Shown here: positions 58,607-64,000 of the stretch, piece by piece | How positions within the stretch are numbered: position 1 is the first letter of the stretch | Layout of the letters: every line of letters begins with the position of its first letter | From: Ignavibacteriota bacterium | GTDB taxonomy: Bacteria > Bacteroidota > Ignavibacteria > Palsa-1295 | Length of the DNA: 64,000 nt | NCBI GenBank assembly: GCA_963787835.1 | Contig: CAWBEI010000002.1 | Location: 384,001 to 448,000 of the forward strand | Direction: 5' to 3' | Notes under the pieces: generated by a model | Told to the model about the DNA's origin: nothing | The model's database searches: none | Seen by the model: only the letters and a program-made list of their open reading frames with translations | Program-made: the position numbers and the translations under genes

Positions 58607-61600
58607 CTATGTATTCATAATTCCCAATTTTTCACGCATTTCCTCCAACCGCTTCTTCGCCCTTATTGCATCCGGATTTCCGGAACCATACGTCTTCTCG
58701 TAGTAGGGAAGATATTTTTCGTAGTAGGGAATCGCTTGCTCATAATTTCCCTCGAGATAATACATATAGCCAATACCAACGCCGGAAGTAAATATCACGG
58801 GCAACAACGGCCCTGGCCTGTTTCTTGCGGACTCGACGACGGACTCGTATAGCGAACGTGCTCCGGGAATATCATTGATCCCCAATTTCGCGTTTGCCAT
58901 TTGTTGCCTGCAAATACAGGTTTGTTTATGATAAGGACCAAGAGTTCCCATGTAGATCGTTTCTGCTTCCCGTAATTCCGTTAATGCTTCTGAAAACCTA
59001 CTTGTTCGATTGAAATATGCTGCAAGTTGGGTCTTGGCTTGGGCCATAGCAGTATGTGATGCTCCAAAATGTTCTGAAACAATCCCAGCAAACCGCCGGA
59101 AATAGTCTTCTGCCTCAGCAAATTTAGATGCATTGGTAAGAAGGGAGCCTAAGCTGTTATACCGAGGCGATATTTCTCTGCTTCGTGGGCCATATAGTTC
59201 CGCACATTCGTCAATTGATTTCCGAAGGATCTTTTCGGCTTCTTCGATCCTTCCGAGATGATATAGTGCATAGAATATATGATCGAGAATCTCTACTCGA
59301 TTTTTTGGGAACGGAAGTATTGCCGGGTCATTGACCATTTTTTCAGATCGTTCGAGAGCAATATCGTATTTCCCAAGATTGTTAAGAATAAGAATTTGTT
59401 TTTCACGCAATTCAAGCTGTAGCTTCGTCTCCATTGCAAGTTTTTCAACCTGCGGATATCCTGCGCCGAATACCTCGTCGGCTCGCGTATATTCGGAGGC
59501 AAGCACGAGGAGTTCGATCGCATTCGTAAAAGCTTGAACGACCGTATTGGAGTTTAGGCCGGAACCCATAAGGCGAGGAATGTATTCGGCATCGATCTCG
59601 ACGTTTCCGAATTCGCGCCAATATCCGAGTGCTTCATATCGCTCGTGATCGGTTTCAAGCAGGGCAAGCATCCCTGGTTCGAGCAGTGAACGCTTCAAGG
59701 CATCGTGCTCCCCGGCAGCCTGCCACTGCCACGGTTCTTCCGCTCGCCGGCGTTCGCCGAATTCTCGCGTTGAAAAATATCTTCCGATGTGGGCATGGGA
59801 AGCTTTTTTCTCCTTCTCCTCGGGCACGTACCGCTGCTCGATCGCCTCCCGCAAAAAGTTATGGAAGAAGGAATGGAAGCCTTCTCGAACCATCAGGTGG
59901 TATTCCATCGCGATCATCAGTTCCGAAAGCGCCATACGGGGCTTGCCGGTGATCTCCATCAGTTCCGCCTCCGACAGCCCATGACGGGACGCCCAGATGG
60001 CTGTCATCACCGTGCGAACAGATTCCTCGCCGTGGTCGCGCTCTAAGCGGGCCAGCACCTTCTGGAATAGCTCCCGTTCATCGGCACTACCCAGATAATC
60101 CGCAAGGTGTTCATGCAAGGATTGGTGATGGCCGAAGATGCGCAGTTCTTCCAACACCGTTCGTAAAAAGAGCGGGCTCGATGATTTGGGATCGGATGAA
60201 AGCGTGTGAAGATCTTTTTGCGGCAGCGATTTACGATACCGTTTCAGGAAATTGCTCGCAATAGCTTCCCGCTGATGCTCGGTGAGCGACTGAAGTTCCA
60301 GCTCGTTCCAGTTCCGTTTGCGAAGCTGTTCGAGCGGCACACTGTCCGCCGTCGTCGAAAGCACGAGCCGAACGTTCGGTGGGATGAACTCCGGCAGCCA
60401 GTGCATTTCCGTCGCAACACCGGTAAGCTGGTTGAGGGCATCAATGAAGAGGACCAGCTTATCCGTCTCCCCCTCCTTAAGGAGGAGGGGGTTGGGGGGC
60501 GGTTCCTGCGCATCGAAAAAACCACCCCCTGCCCCCTCCTTCTTTAGGAGGGGGGTGCTTCCAACTTTCGCCAGCCAGACTGGGAACTCCTCGCGAAGTG
60601 TGGTATCATCCGTTGGAACGGTTTCGGAAAGCGCATATCGCTCTTTGATCTCCATCATGACCTGACGGATGACATCTTCGGGATCGCTTCCCTCTGCCGC
60701 ACCGATAAAATGCTGCACGACGAATGCATTCGGGTTCTGCGTTTGATATTCATGCGCCAAATGAGACATCAGCGCGCTCTTCCCCAAACCTGATCGTCCC
60801 CAAATGACGAGCGGGGGCCCATCGGACTCCACATGTTTGACGAACGCGTCATAATATGCGGGATTCGCCACATAGGCTCGCCTGCGGTTGATCGAAAAAG
60901 CTTCGTGCTCGATGCGCTCACGTTCGAGCGGCGTCAGATCGCGTTTGGCAGGGAAATGCCGATCGAGAATCGAAATTATATCCTGAAACACCAGCTCGCC
61001 AAGTTCTTCGGGATCGTTGAAACGGCGGTAGGGAACTCCGGTGGATTGGAGGGTTTCTTTGAGAGTGGATAACCCTTTGGACGCTATGGACTTGTTGGAC
61101 AGAGTGGTGTCCAAATTGTCCATGGCGTCCATCACGTCCACCGAACCGCCAAGCACCTGTTCATAAAAAAAAGAAGAATCATTTTTTTCCAGGAGTGCGC
61201 CATGTGCGAACTCCATCTCGATAATGCTCTTTTCTTTGGCGGCAAAATCCCGGAGCCACGGAAATTCTTTCAGGATCTCCCTATCCTTCTCGATCTCAGT
61301 AATACCAGGGACCCATCCATACCTCGAACCAATGATGCCTATAAAATAGGGACGGCAGCGGTCGATCTCCTCTAAACAAATGCGGATCGTTTTTCCCGTG
61401 CGTGATTCGTCTTCTGTGATGCCCCACCGCAGGTCGATCTCGGTGAACTCCACGCCACGCTCCCGGCATTCTTTTCGTATCCGGGGAAATACTTTTTTGA
61501 CAAGCTGCTCCCGTTCCGGCTGTAGATCCCGGAACGTCGAGGAGACGAACAGGCGGAGTTCGTTCTTTCGCGCTTCGCGGCTGTGCTGGTGATCCGGCAT
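58607..61600 (-). CDS. DUF4062 (TIR-like) + NACHT/STAND NTPase + TPR protein (NLR-like)
   Basis: LFVSSTFRDLQPERE, IDLRWG, ICLEEIDRCRPYFIGIIGSRYG, SIIEME; Walker A GRSGLGKS, Walker B LFIDALNQL; SPLFL; C-terminal TPRs. Confidence 0.9.
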   Translation of the reverse strand: MPDHQHSREARKNELRLFVSSTFRDLQPEREQLVKKVFPRIRKECRERGVEFTEIDLRWGITEDESRTGKTIRICLEEIDRCRPYFIGIIGSRYGWVPGITEIEKDREILKEFPWLRDFAAKEKSIIEMEFAHGALLEKNDSSFFYEQVLGGSVDVMDAMDNLDTTLSNKSIASKGLSTLKETLQSTGVPYRRFNDPEELGELVFQDIISILDRHFPAKRDLTPLERERIEHEAFSINRRRAYVANPAYYDAFVKHVESDGPPLVIWGRSGLGKSALMSHLAHEYQTQNPNAFVVQHFIGAAEGSDPEDVIRQVMMEIKERYALSETVPTDDTTLREEFPVWLAKVGSTPLLKKEGAGGGFFDAQEPPPNPLLLKEGETDKLVLFIDALNQLTGVATEMHWLPEFIPPNVRLVLSTTADSVPLEQLRKRNWNELELQSLTEHQREAIASNFLKRYRKSLPQKDLHTLSSDPKSSSPLFLRTVLEELRIFGHHQSLHEHLADYLGSADERELFQKVLARLERDHGEESVRTVMTAIWASRHGLSEAELMEITGKPRMALSELMIAMEYHLMVREGFHSFFHNFLREAIEQRYVPEEKEKKASHAHIGRYFSTREFGERRRAEEPWQWQAAGEHDALKRSLLEPGMLALLETDHERYEALGYWREFGNVEIDAEYIPRLMGSGLNSNTVVQAFTNAIELLVLASEYTRADEVFGAGYPQVEKLAMETKLQLELREKQILILNNLGKYDIALERSEKMVNDPAILPFPKNRVEILDHIFYALYHLGRIEEAEKILRKSIDECAELYGPRSREISPRYNSLGSLLTNASKFAEAEDYFRRFAGIVSEHFGASHTAMAQAKTQLAAYFNRTSRFSEALTELREAETIYMGTLGPYHKQTCICRQQMANAKLGINDIPGARSLYESVVESARNRPGPLLPVIFTSGVGIGYMYYLEGNYEQAIPYYEKYLPYYEKTYGSGNPDAIRAKKRLEEMREKLGIMNT

Positions 61601-61723
61601 GGGAGCGGTTAGGGTAAAAATTATCCCTTTACAAAAATACAACAATTACACAGAATTGCCGTAGAGTGGTGGAATACGCCCCTCACGAACGAAGTGATTT
61701 TTCAGGGCGTTAGCGGATTAGCC

Positions 61724-64000
61724 ATGCTCCACCATCCACGGGTCTTACTCTCGTTCACGCTCGCGGCGCTTTGCGTCGCTGGAGCGGCAGTGTTTTCCGG
61801 CTGCACCTGGTGGCATAATTTCTCGACGTATTACAACACCGTCTATCTTGCCCAAACGCATCTGGATGCCTACGAAGCCTCACAACGGGCTGTTGTGGCG
61901 CCGAACGCGAGTGCTACCGTGGCCGTAAAAGAGCACCGCTGGCTGGAGGAAGAATATCTCATGCGCCAGGAAGGAATACGCTCCGGGCATGTCGAGCCGA
62001 TCACGCCATCGTTCTCCCAGTCCCTCAGCGCAACCAAGCAGGTGACCAACGTTCATCTTGACTCTGCGATCATTCTCGGCTCTAAGATCCTGGCAGATAA
62101 AAAAGGTACAAAATACCGGGAGGATGCTCTGTTCATCGTCGGCAAAGCGCAGTTCTACAAGAACGATTTTATCGGCGCAGAACGGAAGTTCAGGGAATTA
62201 TTAGCGAATTACCCTCAAACCAAATATGGTGCGCAGGTGCAAGTGTTACTTGCCAGATCGATGCTCATCAATCATGACATCGATACGGCGGCAATACAAC
62301 TGCAACACGGACTTCAGGCCACGAAGGATTCGAAGGATGCTGTGACCGCATCGAGCATCCATCGCGCAATCGCAGAACTGATCTATGCAAAGAATCCCGA
62401 TTCGCTTACTGCGATCGCCAGAGAACTCCACGAAGCAGAAGCCGGCTTAACCGGCGAGGATCTTGCCCGGCTCGCGTATCAGGAAGGAGCTGTAGAATTC
62501 TTGAATGGAGATTGGCCTTCGGCGGAAACGGCCTTCCAGACTGCAGCGAAGTCAGCAGATGACGATTGGATTGCCGGTGAAGCACTTGTGGCGAAAGGGC
62601 TGACCCTCCGCGAAGAAGGAAACCTCGATGCAGCCAAAGAGGAGTTCGCTTCCATCATTGCACATGTAAAATATAGTTCTTCGGCTGTGGCAGCACGCTA
62701 CGAGCTTGCTTACACCGATGAACTGATCGCCCGCAAAGCCGTTGGTAACGATCTTCAATCAACCGTTTTTCACGACACTTACGAGCACCCGGTGCTCTCC
62801 GAATATCATGTGATTGATACCACCTACCGGACGACGAGTGCCCTTATCACGTCACGCTCCAGATTTCGGCAATCGGAAATTTTCCGTGAAATGGGACGCT
62901 ACGATACTGCAGCCCAGACTGCGTCGGGGCTTATCAATACCAAGGATTTTTCTTCGCCCGCGATGAATGAGTATGTTTCCGATCGCGCCAGTTCCCTCGC
63001 AGATTATGCGCACTGGCAGAAGGAGTTAGGCCACCTCGATACCCTGATATCAACCCTTACACCCAAAGGAAGCGCACGCACTCATTCCGAAGTAAAAGTG
63101 CCGGGTGAAACCGGAGAGGATAATATCCATGTCAAGGCCATGCAGGAAGTACTCGGGCCGCGTTGGCGCCCCGAGCAACCTCCCCAAATGACGCACGTGG
63201 ATTCTAATCGCGTGAAAGAGGCCGAAATGCGTCTGCGTCAAAAAGCTCCCGCAAAACTGGTGGTCAAAGATACAGCCCATTTTTTGGACAGCATCCAATT
63301 TCGCGCTGGAATGGCACACTACCAGATCGGCCGCTCGTATGAGACGTTTGGCCAGATCGCAGAGGCACGCGATGAATACCGCACCGCCGACACCATGAAT
63401 ATCGGCACCATGGATACCGGACGCATCGCGTTGCGCGCTCGAACGCTCTATGCCTGGCTCGAACTCGAGAAACAGCAGAAAAATCAACTCGTTGCCGATT
63501 CTCTGCTTCATGACTTGCTTTCTAATTACGGACAAACGATGTATGCCGAGCAAGCGCGAATACTCTATGTCACATCCTCTCGAAATTCGCCAGGGGAACT
63601 TGCGTATCTCAATGCCTATACTATTCTTCGTGATAGCGGCGTGAATGCCGCTAAACCTCCGCTGCTGAATATCGTTACCAACTTTTCGCAGGAAGACGTT
63701 GCACCTCGCTCGCTCTTTGCGATCGGCGAGACGTATGAAGAATCCACACGATATGACAGCGCCCTTGCGTACTACCATCGTGTCATGTCCGAGTATCCCT
63801 ACTCCTCGTATGCGTTCGCATTGCGGCCGCGCTTGGCAGACGCCGGAAGCACGGGTCGAAGTCTTGTTCCTTCGCGAACACTTCCGCCGGCTCCAATGCC
63901 TCAGGAAACATCCCAGCCAGGCGACGATGCGTCGCAGACTATTCCTCAGCCGCCTCTCGGGATACAAAAACAACCTCCGAATCCCAATGGCAAAACACCT
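61724..64000 (+). CDS. TPR lipoprotein, PorW/SprE-like T9SS component; 3' end off-window (missed by ORF track)
   Basis: Lipobox FSGC; WHNFSTYYNT.Y.A; KYREDALFIVGKAQFYKNDF.GAERKF.EL...YP; frame appears open to window end. Confidence 0.75.
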   Translation, partial: MLHHPRVLLSFTLAALCVAGAAVFSGCTWWHNFSTYYNTVYLAQTHLDAYEASQRAVVAPNASATVAVKEHRWLEEEYLMRQEGIRSGHVEPITPSFSQSLSATKQVTNVHLDSAIILGSKILADKKGTKYREDALFIVGKAQFYKNDFIGAERKFRELLANYPQTKYGAQVQVLLARSMLINHDIDTAAIQLQHGLQATKDSKDAVTASSIHRAIAELIYAKNPDSLTAIARELHEAEAGLTGEDLARLAYQEGAVEFLNGDWPSAETAFQTAAKSADDDWIAGEALVAKGLTLREEGNLDAAKEEFASIIAHVKYSSSAVAARYELAYTDELIARKAVGNDLQSTVFHDTYEHPVLSEYHVIDTTYRTTSALITSRSRFRQSEIFREMGRYDTAAQTASGLINTKDFSSPAMNEYVSDRASSLADYAHWQKELGHLDTLISTLTPKGSARTHSEVKVPGETGEDNIHVKAMQEVLGPRWRPEQPPQMTHVDSNRVKEAEMRLRQKAPAKLVVKDTAHFLDSIQFRAGMAHYQIGRSYETFGQIAEARDEYRTADTMNIGTMDTGRIALRARTLYAWLELEKQQKNQLVADSLLHDLLSNYGQTMYAEQARILYVTSSRNSPGELAYLNAYTILRDSGVNAAKPPLLNIVTNFSQEDVAPRSLFAIGETYEESTRYDSALAYYHRVMSEYPYSSYAFALRPRLADAGSTGRSLVPSRTLPPAPMPQETSQPGDDASQTIPQPPLGIQKQPPNPNGKTP

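Noticed and set aside
58607-59560. Diversity-generating retroelement target
   Set aside because: No reverse transcriptase and no adenine-mismatched template/variable repeat pair seen in the window
63050-63973. 307-aa minus-strand ORF
   Set aside because: Antisense shadow of the PorW/SprE-like gene on the plus strand

Overview
64-kb chromosomal window from an FCB-group bacterium (many type IX secretion C-terminal domains, a PorW/SprE-like lipoprotein, long Bacteroidota-type S16, archaeal/eukaryote-type ProRS, but enteric-style TTGAC-N17-TATATT promoters; Kapabacteria/Ignavibacteria-like is an inference). A housekeeping backbone (prmA, ppx/gppA, cysteine desulfurase, ECF sigma/anti-sigma, lolD-like ATPase, rimM, rpsP, rplJL, proS, peptidases) is interleaved with lower-GC accessory genes: five T9SS cargo proteins, a MazF-type TA pair flanked by a ~45-bp duplication, a type II R-M pair that replaces the middle of a type ISP/IIG-like R-M gene, and a cNMP-kinase/REC-TrxB pair inside the rpsP-rimM operon. 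The best candidate for an undescribed system is at 55-61.6 kb: a DUF4062(TIR-like)-NACHT-TPR protein, a SLOG + 2xSLATT membrane protein, a voltage-gated-type channel that has lost the GYG filter, and a small T/S/G-rich protein, which together suggest a Thoeris-like NLR-signal-pore module. The window is also dense in REP/MITE-like palindromes, many inserted in-frame in proteins and some nested within each other, and carries two diverged copies of a ~200-bp promoter-bearing non-coding element. Two +1 frameshifts (rplL and a giant T9SS protein) are probably assembly errors. No tRNA, rRNA, CRISPR array, transposase, integrase or reverse transcriptase was recognised. All family assignments are by eye from motifs; no database search was run.
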